This document shows, piece by piece, positions 28,511 to 44,171 of a stretch of 64,000 bases of DNA. The stretch comes from the human T2T-CHM13v2.0 reference genome, Homo sapiens. The notes under the pieces were generated by a model. The model worked only from the letters and a program-made list of their open reading frames with translations. It did not search any database and had not been told where the DNA came from. Positions within the stretch are counted from its first letter, which is position 1, and every line of letters begins with the position of its first letter. A program made the position numbers and the translations under genes. The stretch is taken from NCBI GenBank assembly GCA_009914755.4, contig CP086569.2, positions 2,688,001 through 2,752,000 of the forward strand. The letters are read 5' to 3'.

Positions 28511-29086
28511 AGGTAAAGTTCTTTTAAAAGAAGCATTTTTATTCCTACTTCATCACAAGGCAGCTTTACACTAAATTATGTTATTTAATAAATAAATAAA
28601 TACGTATTTATTATGCAATTTATATTAACTTTTATGGTGACAGAGCAGGAGCATTGCCATCATGGACAAACCTCTCATTCTAAAGTTCATCTTAATAAAA
28701 AACCATCTAAATCCAAAGGGCATCAGCCTTATAGCTAAGGTCAACATGACCATAAACCACAAATAACATCTCCAACCAGAAACATTCCAAACTCCTCCCC
28801 ATCCAGAGACATGTTAGCCCCTACGTAAGCCTCCTCCATCCAGGAAGATGCCAGCCTCGAGTTAAACCCCTCTGGGCTGGTAAGATGTCTGCCCCAAGAA
28901 AACCTCCCCTCCTCCCAGAGAGATTCCAACCCCACCATAAACTTCTCCACACACATAAACATTCCAAGCTTCTAAGCTCCCCCACCCTAAAACCAATATA
29001 TACCCTTAGTGTGTAACAGAAAGGGCTGCTGATTGAAATTGGCCAGGGGCACCTCTCAGGTTTTAACTAAAGAAAACCTGTCTTTG

Positions 29087-29375
29087 GGTCTTGCTCTGTT
29101 GCCCAGGCTGGAGTGCAGTGCACGATCACAATTCACTGCAGCCTTAACCTCCTGGGCTAAAGTGACCCTCCTGCCTCAGCCTCCCAAGTAGCTGGGACTA
29201 CAGTCATGGGGCACCACCATGACTGGCTAATTTTTCTTTTTTAGCAATTTTTTGCAGAGATAGAATCTCATTATTTTGCCCAGGATGGTCTCACACTCCT
29301 GGCTTCAAGTGATCCTCCCACCTCTGCCTCCTAAATCCCAGTTTGTGCTGGGATTACAAACATGAGCTTGTAATC
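29087..29375 (-). mobile_element. Alu SINE (old, diverged, AluJ-like), - strand
   Basis: tgggtcttgctctgttgcccaggctggagtgcagtgcacgatcacaattcactgcagccttaacctcctgggctaaagtgaccctcctgcctcagcctcccaagtagctgggactacag ... tgtgctgggattacaaacatgagc. Confidence 0.85.
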
Positions 29376-30344
29376 AGACAATACTTGTGCTGAGACAATA
29401 TAGGACCAGAAGGCCTGCACCTGATCTTCTGATCTTATATTCTCTTAGCACAGCTATTGTTTGATTTCTGTGTTACAGGTAACTAACATGTTGATGTTGC
29501 CCGTTGCTGTTAGTTCAGCCCCTCTAGGAAGCAGATACTGTGATGGAATTAGGAGTACAAGAAATTTATTGGGGGCTAATGGCTGTGACAGAAGAAGGTA
29601 GAGGAAACAGGACTGGGCAACAAAATTCTTCACACCTCCATGCAGATTAGACACTTGTGAAAGGAAAGAAAGAGAAGCAGAACTGGGCAACAGGAGCTTC
29701 AGACCATGCTGTGGATCTGCATAAGTCTCTGCCAATGCAACAAGGAGCTCTGGAACAAAGACTACTCATTAGAGGAGTCTCATGCTGGGCAGACAGGGCC
29801 ACACCCGAGCACTCCCAGCTTGTACGATATTGGCCTGGGGGCTACCCAGGAAGAGATGGGCCTCAGATCAAAAATATGGCATATCTAGAAGATGCTGCAG
29901 CTAGAGGCTGTCGGCCAACTATACTCCTTGCAGCTCAACAGTGAATTTCTCTCTTAAAGGGAGATCTTCGCAGCACACCTCTGCAGCTGTCATGTGATCC
30001 AAATCTCTTATTCCATGCTAGCTTTCACTATAGAATAGTGGCCAGAGAGTTTGATACCTGCTTTCTGAGCCTCCCTGACAACTGGAATGACTATGTGACA
30101 CAGTTCTGGCTAGTGGGGATTCTGAGAAGCTAACTGGATAAAAAGACAAAGTCTTATGCGAAGAAAGCACACACTCACACACACACCAGTTATTTGTTTT
30201 CTAAATTTGAATGTAGTCTTGATACCTGGAGGGGCAGCCATCTTGCAGGCAAGAGGCGATAAGCAAAAGTGCTGAAGGATATAGTTCCTTGATAACATTA
30301 ATGAGACTGCTCTCTTCTTGGTAAATAAATAATATGTTATTAAC

Positions 30345-30375
<31 letters not shown>

Positions 30376-30661
30376 CTGTCTTTGACTGCCAAGCTGTGTT
30401 TCGTGTTTCTTTCCTCTTTCTTCAAATTTTACATATGGTTATTCTATTAATTATTTGGTTTTGGAAAAAACATTCTAATCACCTTTTTTTTTCTCCTCAT
30501 GATGGGTGGTTTTTGGAAGTAAAAATTAAAATATGGTCTAATACTAAATGAAAGATAGAACCAAAGTGAAAACTCAGAAACAAGAAGAAGAAGATGCTAG
30601 AGAAAATGAAAATTGTAGCACACTATTTCTATTCAAGAATAAGTGGATACTATTGGAGTGA

Positions 30662-30953
30662 TTTTTTTTTTTTTGAGGTGGAGTGTTACTCCATCACCCA
30701 GGCTGGAGTGCAGGGGACGATATGGGCTCATTACAACTTCTGCCTCCTGGGTTCAAGTGATTCTTCTGCCCTAGCTTCCTGAATAACTGGGATTACAGGT
30801 GGTGCCACCATGCCCAGCTAATTTTTGTATTTTTAGAAGAGACAAGGTTTCACCATGTTGGCCAGGCTAGTCTTGAACTCCTGACCTCAAGCGATCCTCC
30901 CATCTTGGTCACTTAAAGTGCTGTGATGACAGGTGTGAGCCACTGCTCCTGGC
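30662..30953 (-). mobile_element. Alu SINE, full length, - strand, about 9-bp TSD gtgattttt
   Basis: ttttttttttttgaggtggagtgttactccatcacccaggctggagtgcaggggacgatatgggctcattacaac ... aaagtgctgtgatgacaggtgtgagccactgctcctggcc. The flanks are ggagtgattttt and gggtgattttt. Confidence 0.9.
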
Positions 30954-31270
30954 CTATAAGGGTGATTTTTAAAGTAACTATTGCTATGAAATTCTGTTGT
31001 AAGGCAATGTTGCATCATCTCCAATCAACGTTAATAATACAGAATTTCTAAAATACCTGTAAGTATTATCCAAAGCAAATGAACTGGAACATTATAGTCT
31101 TGAAATCACAGGTGTCATTGCTATTTCGAGGTTGGTCTTGATGCTGAGATTTCAGAGACTCAAAGAATTGGCCCATCAGCAGTCATATGGCTGACATCTC
31201 TGTTACCTTTCTTCTGTTCAGTGGCATTTCTAACCATGGACTATAAGCTAGATTAGAGTTAGATTTCTTG

Positions 31271-31295
31271 TTTTTGTTGTTGTTGTTGTTGTTGG
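31271..31295. repeat. (TTG)n microsatellite
   Basis: tttttgttgttgttgttgttgttggg. Confidence 0.9.
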
Positions 31296-32617
31296 GCTGG
31301 CTGCACCTGCAAGTTAAGTTTCACTTATCCTTTTAGTTTTGGTTGGTTCCACTATCCATTCAAATTTGCCTTATTTGGTGTTCATACTGAGCACACAGTG
31401 GTCTGTTGACTCTCAGCAACTGCTCTTCAGTATGTTTAAAGTGTCCATCCCTTCAAACAAAACTGTCTCCTACCCCTTCCATCATTCTGGAATATGTTTT
31501 AGAATTCTCTCATTATTCTGATTATGTTGTTTTTGCCTGCATTGGAGCTGTAAATTTGTCATTATCGTCATTGACTGAATTGTATACAACTATTTATATT
31601 GTTTTAAAATTTGGAGTTTTTGGCAGGGAGGAAAGGAATGGTAGACCCATATCATAGTATTTACCAGTAGTAATCAGATAAAATCCTGAGGTGGTACCAC
31701 AGAGTTGTTCACATTTTTGTATTAATTTAGGATGTGTGCATGTAAATAAAGCATCCTAACCTGCTGCTTTTCCATCCTAGCTGTATGTAAATTAGTCTGG
31801 GGAGCGTTAGATTTGTATTTGTATGTATAGTTGGTCTTCTTTAGTCTCAGGTTCTGCATCTGATTCGACTAGCTGTGGATTGAATATATTTAAAAACTCT
31901 CACAACTATAGAAAATAATACAAATTTTAAAACCAATACAGTATAACAATTATGATATCATATTTATACTGTATTAGATATTGTACATAGTCTAGAGATG
32001 ATTTAAATATGCATGTAAAGTGCATAGGTTACATGGGAATACTATAGCATTTTATATCAGGGACTTGAGTATGTACAATTTTTAGTTTTGCAGAAGGCTG
32101 ATTCTGCAGTCTTCCTAGTGGTGATGTAAAGATTAGAGGAACGTTTGCAAAGGGCACAAAGTATGTTCTCTGAAGGAACTGAATCTCGGTCAGCACTCAC
32201 ACTCAGGATGGACTTTGCCCAGTGCACATGGGCTACGACAAGAATGCACTTGACTTTTTTGGCACTGCATACATTTCAGTGCTCACAGTTAAGAGACTCA
32301 GTGCGGGTGGTAATGGCCATCCAGGTACTTGAGGATCCAGAAATTTTTGCCAGAACGGTGGGCCCATGAGAGCAAGAAGAACTGGAATTTGTGTGCTTAT
32401 GGCAATATTCTCTGCTTGATCTCACATACTGGGAAGTAAAATTTATAGAGACAGAAAGTGGAGTAGAGATTACCATGGTTTGAGAGTAAGGATGGAGGAA
32501 TTATTTCTTAATGCATAAAAAGCTTTAGTTTGGTATGTGAAACTTTTAAAAATAGTTGGTTACATTACACTGTTAATATATTTAATGCCAATGAATTGTA
32601 ACATTTCAAAATTAGCC

Positions 32618-32822
32618 TAGACCACATAGTGAGATCCTGTCTCAAAAAAAAAATTAGTTGGATGTGATGATGCATAGCTGTGTTCCTTGCTACTTGACAG
32701 GCTGAGGTGGGAGGATCATTTGTGTCCAGGACTTTGAGGTTGCAGTCAGTGATGACTGAACCACTGCACTCCAGCCTGAGGAACAGAATGAAGACCCTGT
32801 CTCTAGAAAAAAAAATGGAAGT
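32618..32822 (+). mobile_element. Alu-related partial element: end of a left monomer, an A-linker, a right monomer and an A tail (old Alu or free-monomer-like)
   Basis: gcctagaccacatagtgagatcctgtctcaaaaaaaaaattagttggatgtgatgatgcatagctgtgttccttgctacttgacaggctgaggtgggaggatcatttgtgtccaggactttgaggttgcagtcagtgatgactgaaccactgcactccagcctgaggaacagaatgaagaccctgtctctagaaaaaaaaa. Confidence 0.75.
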
Positions 32823-35800
32823 TGTATATTTTGTTATGCATATTTTGCCACAATTAAAAATAATTAGAAGTGCTTTTTTTTGTTCTTGTGTACTTTTTTT
32901 GGTTGTCAGACCTTTGAATTTGAGATGGCTATGTGTTTACATGCTGATATAAGAAGTGATACAGAGAGACAATCTACACTTTATCCAGTTTTCTTCAATG
33001 GTAACTTCTTGCAGAAGTACAGTATCATGTCAAAACCAGCATACAGACATTGATACAAAGTATGAACCAGTTCTATCACCACAGATATCCTTTATGTTGC
33101 CTTTTTAAGGTTACATCCACTGTCATTCCAATTGCAACTTCCTAACTCCTAGTAGCCACTATCTAGTTCATCATTTTTATAGTTATTTCATTTTTAGAAT
33201 TTTGTATGATGGGAATCTACATAGTATGCATATAATTGACTTTATTCACTTAGTATAATTCCCTGAAGATTCATTCATGTTGTGTGATTTACTAACTTGC
33301 TCCTTTTTATTGCTAATTAGTATTCCATTGTTTACATGTACCTGTTGTTTAGCTACTCACTTTGATAGATATTTAGGTTGTTTAAATTGTTCTGCTATTA
33401 TTAATAAAGGTGCTGTGAGCATTCTTGAACAAATATTTTTTGTGTTAAAATATGTTCTCATTTCTATGGCATAAATGCACCAAAATACATATGACTGCTG
33501 GGTAGTATGGTAGTTATATGCTTAGTTTGACAAGAAATTGCCAAAGTATATTATACTTTAGTGTGGCTCTACCATTATTCATTCCCCCTGGCAATGATTA
33601 ATACTTATTTCCTCTGCATTGTCAGCAACATTTGGTCTTGTTACTATTTTTTATTTTAGTTATTGTTGTAATAATGTTATTATGGCTGTAATTTGCATTT
33701 CTTTCTTGGTTAATGAGGCTGAATATTGTTACATTTCTTTTTTTTGTGTTTTTTTGTTTTAGCTTTTTCTATTTCATTTTTTTGTAACATCTTTTCACAT
33801 TTTTTGCCATTTATATATGCCTTTGATTAAATATGTTTTTAATGGCTTTTTCCAATTTTTGAATTGGATTTAGTTTTAAAACTGTTGAGTTTTGGCAGTT
33901 CTTTATATACTTTGGTTAATAGTTGTATATTAGGCTTGCGAAGCTATACTCCTAGTCTGTATCTTATCTCTTCATCTTCTTAATAAGGTCTTTTGCAGAG
34001 ACAAAGTTTTTGATTTTGCTATGTTTCACTTTATTGATTTTTTTTTCCTTTATGGCTCATGCTTTGGTCTCAAATAAAAATATCCCTGTATATCTGTAAA
34101 TTTGCAAGAATATCTTCTATCTTCTTTTTCTACAGGTTTTATGATTTTGTAGTCCACATTTGAGTCCATGATTTAAGATTTTTTTAATGTGAGGTGTGAT
34201 ATTTAGGTAGAGATTTTCTTTTCCTTTTACTTGTGATATCTATGCTCATTTGCTCCAGTACCTTTCTCCATTGAATTGCTTTTGTCAGAAATCAGTTTGG
34301 CCCACTTGTGCGAAACTACTTCTGGTGTATAATTTGTTTTTAAGAGAAGGGGAAGTTTCTCATAACTGCCTGAATCAGGAGTCAGACCCTGTAGTCAGTG
34401 AGGAACAAGCTGTGCACTGCAGGGAAAGCCCCTTACTCTCTTTGTCCTCAAATTTCTTTTAGTTAAAATGAGGCAAATATAGTCTCTCAAAAATATCTTC
34501 CGTTTATGTCCCTGAACTGTAAGAAGAAGTTCCTTGGCATTTTGTTTGGGCTGGCCAGAGTTGGGGTTGGGGCTTTCTTATGGGACTAATGATGGGTCTG
34601 GCCCCCAGATATTTTGACGGGAGTTGTTTCTCACACTCCTGATCTGAGGAGTTAAGAAAACAATTCTTGTGACTCAATATTGTGCTAAATGACAGAGTTC
34701 CTGCACCAGTTCCCATTATTTTATGAGTGGCTTCTTCTATCCTGAGGATGTTTTGAGTCCAGCCTAGTAACACTTGGACTGCCCCAAACATTCATTTGAC
34801 ACACCCATGTGTAGGGCAGAAGACATCACATTCCATGTCTTCTTGATGCCACGTAGCTGGGAAACCATTAAGGTCACAGAAATGGGCAGAAATTGTTATA
34901 AAGTGAGCACTTTCACCACAGTCCCTCTTGTGATGGTGGTAGCTGAGATGATGGCCAAGTTCCTGGGCAGTAAGCTCCTGGCAGAGTCAAGAAGGACTGT
35001 CCTGGGCCAGTGCTCACTCAGGCCCCCTTTTTCCTGCCCTGCTCAGACAGCAGTCTCCCTTCTGCCCACACATCGGTCTCTCTCCGTGCTATTCCCTGCA
35101 GCCTCTTTTGACAAAGCAGATCTGCTGATGACAAGCCCTGCCTCACATTCCCGGTGGTGGCTTATCAGGGTGGCTCACACATTTTTCAGGAGGCTTCGTT
35201 TTGCCAAACCCATTCTCACCCCACCTGGATGGGGCTAGGGCAGGTCCCAGTCCATCTGGGACTGGCCCATCATGGCTCAAGCATCCTCCACTCCTTCCAT
35301 CCCCAGGGAGGAGGTTTGACGGGGACTTCTTCTCCTGTTGTACCTTCAACCCACTCTGCTGAAACCAACCCATCTGCATGAGCTGCACTTATTTACCTGG
35401 TGGCTCTTCCCCTGTACTAGCAACCTTGGGAACAGGGTCCCTGAAACTGGAGCTTCCAGACTGGTAGCATTTTGCCTATTTATGAGGCAGCATCTTGGAT
35501 ATACATATATGCACATTTTTTCCAGGGAGGAGATGGATAGCTTGTTTCAGATTCCCAAAGAGATTCAAGACCTAAAAAGAACTGCTGCCCATGGCACCTA
35601 TTCTCTGCATCCTTTCCTGGTGCATAATTAATATGCACAGGTCAGATAGTACTTGTCATTTCTGCCCATGATTTTGTCCATAGTTTCAGTTGGTGACATG
35701 TGCAGCAATGCACCTATACATCTTCTCATGCCCCAAAGAAAATGAGTTAACTGACTGTGAAAGTTGTTTATTTTTTGTTGTTTTTTTCAGGGGTGATACT

Positions 35801-35961
35801 TAATGCAAAATAAGGTAGGTGATAAAATACTTTTGCTCTTATCTTAGAAGATGAGTGGGGTACTTTCTACATCTGGGCTCCAATAGAAAAGGAGGAACTT
35901 AATTTTGCAGTATTTGAAAACCTCAAGTTGAGATTACAGAACTCAAAAGATTGTGTTGCTT

Positions 35962-36213
35962 TTCTGCTTCCCTTCTTCCCTCCCTCCCTCCCTTCCTTCC
36001 TTCTCTCTTTCTTTTCTCTTTCTTTCTTGCTTTCTTTTCTTTCCTTTTCTCTATTTCTTACTCTCTCTCTCTTTCTGTCTGTCTCTGTTTCTCTTTGTCT
36101 TTCTCTCTTTCTCTTTCTTCCTTCCTTCCTTCCTTCCTTCCTTCCTTCCTTCCTTCCTTCCTTTCTTTCCTTCTTTCTTTCTTTCTTTTCCTTCTTTCCT
36201 TCTTTCTTTCTTT
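35962..36213. repeat. Polypyrimidine/polypurine microsatellite, about 250 bp: (CCTT)n, (CTTT)n and (CTCT)n variants, with a perfect (CCTT) run of about 12 units at 36117-36170
   Basis: cttcccttcttccctccctccctcccttccttccttctctctttcttttctc...cttccttccttccttccttccttccttccttccttccttcctttctttcc...ctttctttctttttgg. Again abuts the tail side of an antisense Alu (36216). Confidence 0.95.
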
Positions 36214-36215
36214 TT

Positions 36216-36469
36216 GGTAGGAGAGGGGAATGCGATCTCTCTTTGTCACCCATGCTGGCATGCAGTGGCCAGATCATAGCTCACTCCAGCCTGGACTCAA
36301 ACAATCCTCTCACTTCAGCCTCTCAAAGTACTTGAGGCGCAAGTGCATGCCAGCTAATTATTTTGTAGAGACAGGAGTCACTCTGTTGCCCAGGCTGGTC
36401 TCAAACTTCTTGGGACCAGCAATTCTGCCTCAGCCTCCCAAAGTGCAGGAATTGCAGGTGTGAGCCATT
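36216..36469 (-). mobile_element. Alu SINE (old, diverged), - strand
   Basis: gtaggagaggggaatgcgatctctctttgtcacccatgctggcatgcagtggccagatcatagctcactccagcctggactcaaacaatcctctcacttcagcctctcaaagtacttgagg ... cctcccaaagtgcaggaattgcaggtgtgagccatt. Confidence 0.85.
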
Positions 36470-36474
36470 ATATA

Positions 36475-39069
<2,595 letters not shown>

Positions 39070-40784
39070 CCCAGAATAATGGTCCCCAACTCCATCCCAG
39101 TTACTGTGAATGCCATTATTTCATTCCTGTTTATGGCTGAGTAGTATTCCATGGTATAAATGTATAGCACATTTTCTTTATCCACTCGTTGGTTAACGGC
39201 CATTTAGGCTGGTTCCACATTTTTGCAATTGCAAATTGTGCTGCTCTAAACATGTGGGTGAAAGTGTCTTTTTCATATAGTGACTTCTTTTCCTCTGGGT
39301 AGATACCCAGTAGTGGGGTTGCTGGATGAAATGGCAGTTCTACTTTCAGTTTTTTAAGGACTCTCCATACTGTTTGCCATAGTGGTTGCACTAGTTTACA
39401 TTCCCACCAGCAGTGTAAAAATGTTCCCTTTTCACCACATCCATGCCAACATCTGTTATTTCATTATTTTTTTAATTATGGTCATTCTTGCAGGAGTAAG
39501 GTGGTATCTCACTGTGGTTTTGATTGGCATTTCCCTGATCATTACTGATGTTGAGCATTTTTTCATTTTTTTGTAGGCCATTTGTATATCTTCTTTTGAG
39601 AAATCTCTATTCATATTCTTTGCCCACCTTTTGATGAGATTATTTGTTTTCTGTTTTTTGTTTTTTCTTGCTGATTTATTTGAGTTCCTCAGAGATCCTG
39701 GATATTAGTCCTTTGTCAGATACATAGTTTGCAAATATATTCTTCCACTCTGTGGGTTGTCTGTTTACTCTGCTGATTATTTCTTTTGCTATGCAGAAGC
39801 TTTTTAGTTTAAGTCCCATCTATCTTTGCTTTTGTTGCATTTGTTTCTGGGTGCTTGGTCATAAACTCTTTTCCTAAGCCAATGTCTAGAAAAGATTTCT
39901 GATGTTATCTTCTAGAAATTTTATGGTTTTAGGTATTTGATTTAAGTCTTTGGTCCATCTTGAGTTGATTTTTGTAAAAGGTGAGAGATGAGGATCCAAT
40001 TTTGTTCTTGTACATGTGGTTTGCCAATTATCCCAGCACCATTTGTTGAATAGGGTGTCCTTTCCCCACTTTATGTTTTTGTTTGCTTAGTCAAAGATCA
40101 GTTGGCTGTAATTATTTGGCTTTATTTCTGTGATCTTTATTCTGTTCCAATGATCTATGTGCCTGGTTTTATGCCAGTACCATGTTGTTTTGGTAACTAT
40201 AGACTTGTAGTATTTTTTGAAGTTGGGTAATGTGATGCCTCCAGTTTTGTTATTATTGCTTTGTCTTGCTGTGGCTATTAAGGCTTTTTTTTTTTGTCCA
40301 TATGCCATATGAATTTTAGGATTGTTTTTTCTAGTTCTGTGAAGAATGCTGGTGGTATTTTGATGGGAATTGCATTGAATTTGTAGGTTACTTTTTGCAG
40401 TATGGTCATTTTAACAATATTGATTCTATCTGTTCATGAGTGTGGGATGTGTTTCCATTTGTCTGTGTTGTCTATGACTTATTTCAGCAGTAATTTGTAG
40501 TTTTCCTTATAGAGGTCTTTCACCTCCTTGGTTAGGAATATTCCTACATATTTTATTTTTGTTTATTTGCAGCTATATTAAAAGGGGTTGAGTTCTTCAT
40601 TTGATTCTCAGCTTGGTGGCTGTTGGTATATAGCAGTGCTACTGATTTGTGTACGTTAATTTTGTATCATGAAAATTTACTGAATTCATTTAGCAGTTAT
40701 AGGAGCTTTTTGGACGAGTATGATTTTCTAGGTATACAATCATATTATCAGTGAATAGTGACAGTTTGACTTTCTCTTTATCTA

Positions 40785-40898
<114 letters not shown>

Positions 40899-43579
40899 TC
40901 AGTAAAATGTTGGCTGTGGGTTTGTTATAGATGGCTTTTATTACCTTAAGTTATGTCTCTTCTATTCTGATTTTGCTGAGGGTTTTAATCATAAAGGAAT
41001 GCTGGATTTTGTCAAATGCTTTATCTGTGTATGTTGAAATGGTCATTATGATATTTGCTTTTAATTTTGTTTGTGTTGTGTATCACATTTATTGACTTAC
41101 ATATGTGAAACCAAACCTGCACCCCTGGTTTAAAACCACTTGATCATGGTGGATTATCTTTTTGACATATTGTTGAGTTCAGTTAGCTAGTATTTTGTGG
41201 AGGGTATTCACATCTATATTCATCAGGAATATTGGTCTGTAGTTTTCTTTCTTTGTTATGTTCTTTCCTGGTTTTGGTATTAGGGTGATACTGGCATCAT
41301 AGAATAATTTAGGGAGGAATCCCTTATTCTTTATCTTTTGGGATATTTTCAGTATGATTGCTACCAATTCTGCTTTGAATATCTGATAGAATTCAGCTGT
41401 GAATTTATCTGGTCCTGGGCTTTATTTTGTTTGCAATTTTTTATTACTGTTTCAATCTCACTACTAGTTTTTGGTCTGTTCAGAGTTTTTATTTCTTCCT
41501 GGTTTTATCTAGGAGGGTTGTATATTTCCAGGAATTTATTCATGTTCTCTAGGTTTTGTAGTTTGTGCACATAAAGCTGTTCATAGTAACCTTGAATGAT
41601 CTTTTGTATTTCTGTGGTATTGGTTGTAATATTTCCCATTTCATTCCTAATTGAGCTTATTTGTATCTTCTCTATTTTTTCTTGGTCAGTGTAGCTAACG
41701 GCCTATTGACATTGTCTATCTTTTCAAAGAACTAGCTTTTCGTTTTATCTTTTGCATTTTTAAATTAATTTCAACTTCATTTAGTTCTGCTCTTAGCTTT
41801 GTTATTGTCTTCTGCTGGGTTTGAGTTTATTTTGTTCTTGTTTCTCTAGTTCCTTGAAGTGTGATCTTAAATTGTCTATTTGTGTTCTTTCAGACTTTTT
41901 GTTGGAAACATTTAATGCTATGAACTTTCCTCTTAGTACTGCTTTTGCTCTATCCCAGAAGTTTTGATAAGTTGTGTTACTATTATTGTTCAATTCAAAG
42001 ACTCTTTAAATTTCCATCTTGATTTTACTGTTTACCCAGTGATCATTCGGGAGCACGTTACTTCATTTCCATGTATTTGTAGGGGAATGGTTCCTTTTGG
42101 AGTTAATTTCCAATTTTATTCCACTGTGATCTGAAAGAGGACTTGATATAATTTTGATTTTCTTCAATTTCTTGAGTCTTGTTTTATGTCCTATCATATG
42201 TCCTATCTTGGAGAATGTTCCATTTTCTGATGAAAAGAATGGATATTCTGCAGTTGTTGGGGAGAATGTTCTGTAAATATCTGTCATGTCCATTTATTCA
42301 AAGGTATCGTTTAAGTCCATTTATTATTTGTTGACTTTCTCTCTTGATGACCTGTCTAGTGCTGTCAGTGCAGTACTGAAGTCCTCCACTCTTATTGTGT
42401 TGCCTTCTATCTCATTCCTTAGGTCTAGTAGTAATGCTTTTATAAATTTGGGAACGCCAGTGTTTGGTGCATATATATTTAGGATTGTGATATTTTCCTG
42501 TTGGACTAGTTATTTTATTATTATATAATGTCCCTCTTTGTCTTTTTTAACTGTTGTTGCATTAAAGTTTATTTTGTCTGATATAAAAATAAATACTCCT
42601 CACTTTTGGTGTCATTTGCATGGAATATCTTTTTCCACCTCTTTAATTTTATGTGAGTCCTTATGTGTTAGATTATTCTCTTGAAGTAAGCAAATACTTG
42701 GTTGGTGTATTTTTATCCATTCTTCCATTCTGTATCTTTTAAGTGGCACATTTAGGCCATTTACATTCAATGTTAGTATTGAGATGGGAGGTACTGTTGT
42801 ATTCATCATGCCAGTTGTTGCCTGAATACCTTGGTTTTTTTTTTTATTGTGTTATTGTTTTAGAGGCCCTGTGAGATTTATTCCTTAAGGAGGTCCTATT
42901 TCGGTGTATTTAGAAGTTTTGTTTCAAGATTTGAACTCATTTTAGCATTTCTTGTAGTGCTGGCTTGGTAGTGGCAAATTCTCTCAGCATTTATTTGTCT
43001 TAAAAAGGCTTTATCTCTCCTTCATTTATAAAGCTCAGTTTCATTGAATACAAACTTTTTGGCTGATAAACATTTTGTTTGAAGGTCTAAGATAAGACCC
43101 CAATCCTTTCTGGCTTGTAGTGTTCTGCTGAGAAATTTGCTATTAATCTTATCAGTTTTACTTTATAGGTTACCTCATGCTTTTGCCTCATAGCTCTTAA
43201 GATTCTTTCTTTTGTCTTGACTAGATAACCTGATGACTATGTGTCTAGATGATTATCTTTTTTGAGATGAATTTCCCAGGTGTTCTTTGTCCTTCTTGTA
43301 TTTGGATGTCTAGATTTCTAGCAAGACCAGGGAAGTTTTCCTCAGTTATTTCCTGAAATATATTTCTCAAACTTTTAAGATTTCTCTTCTTTCTCAAGAA
43401 CAGCAATTATTCATATGTTTAGTTATTTAGCATAATCCCATACTTCTTGTGGGCTTTATTTTTAAATTCTTTTTCCTTTTCTTTGTTTGATTAATTTGAA
43501 AGCCTTGTCTTTGAGCTCTGAAGTTCCTTCTCCTTTTTTGATTCTGTTGTTAAAACTTTCCAATGTATTTTGCATTTCT

Positions 43580-43876
43580 CTAAGTATATCTTTCATTTCC
43601 AGAAGTTGTGATTGTCTTTTCTTCATGATATCTATTTCTCTGGAGACTTTTTAAAATGCATATCCTATATTTTTTAATGTATTTAACTTCATTTTCACCT
43701 TTCTCTGGTACCTGCTTGAGTAGCTTAATAATTAACCTTCTGAATTCTTTATCTGGCATTTCAGAGTTTTCTTCTTGGTTTGGATCCATTGCTGGAGAGC
43801 CGGAGTGATCTTTTGGGAGCGTTATAGAAACTTGTTTTTTCATATTACCAGAATTACTTTTTTGATTCCTTCTCAT
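43580..43876 (-). pseudogene. L1 ORF1 N-terminal remnant of the older L1 (98 aa)
   Basis: MRRNQKSNSGNMKKQVSITLPKDHSGSPAMDPNQEENSEMPDKEFRRLIIKLLKQVPEKGENEVKYIKK. Matches older-L1 ORF1p N-termini. Confidence 0.85.
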
Positions 43877-43963
43877 GTGGGTAGAGTGTTTCAGTGGAAG
43901 GATCTGGAAATCAAGGGCTGCTGTTCATATTCTTCTGTCACATGAGACACATTTTGTCACATG

Positions 43964-44171
43964 GCTTGAGCTGGGGACCTGGAGTGCCTACAGGGCTCTT
44001 TCCACTGCTTCTTCTACTTTTTATATTTCTCTCAGCTCCCTAAAACAATTTCAGTTCTAGGTAAGGTTGAATCCTTCTGCTGTGATCTAGATTTTCAGGT
44101 TGCCCAGTGGGGATGTGTGTTCAGAGGCACACTTTTTCCCCTTCACACTTTAGGAACTCACAGTTTTTTGT
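43964..44171. repeat. Direct repeat copy A (about 207 bp) inside the L1 5' UTR, about 90 bp upstream of the ORF1 ATG on the element's sense strand
   Basis: gcttgagctggggacctggagtgcctacagggctctttccactgcttcttctactttttatatttctctcagctccctaaaacaatttcagttctaggtaaggttgaatccttctgctgtgatctagattttcaggttgcccagtggggatgtgtgttcagaggcacactttttccccttcacactttaggaactcacagttttttg. Confidence 0.95.

Noticed and set aside
35867-36335. Cluster of 67-136 aa ORFs on both strands (K/E/R-rich and S/F/L-rich)
   Set aside because: Same artefact: the second polypyrimidine microsatellite read in all frames.
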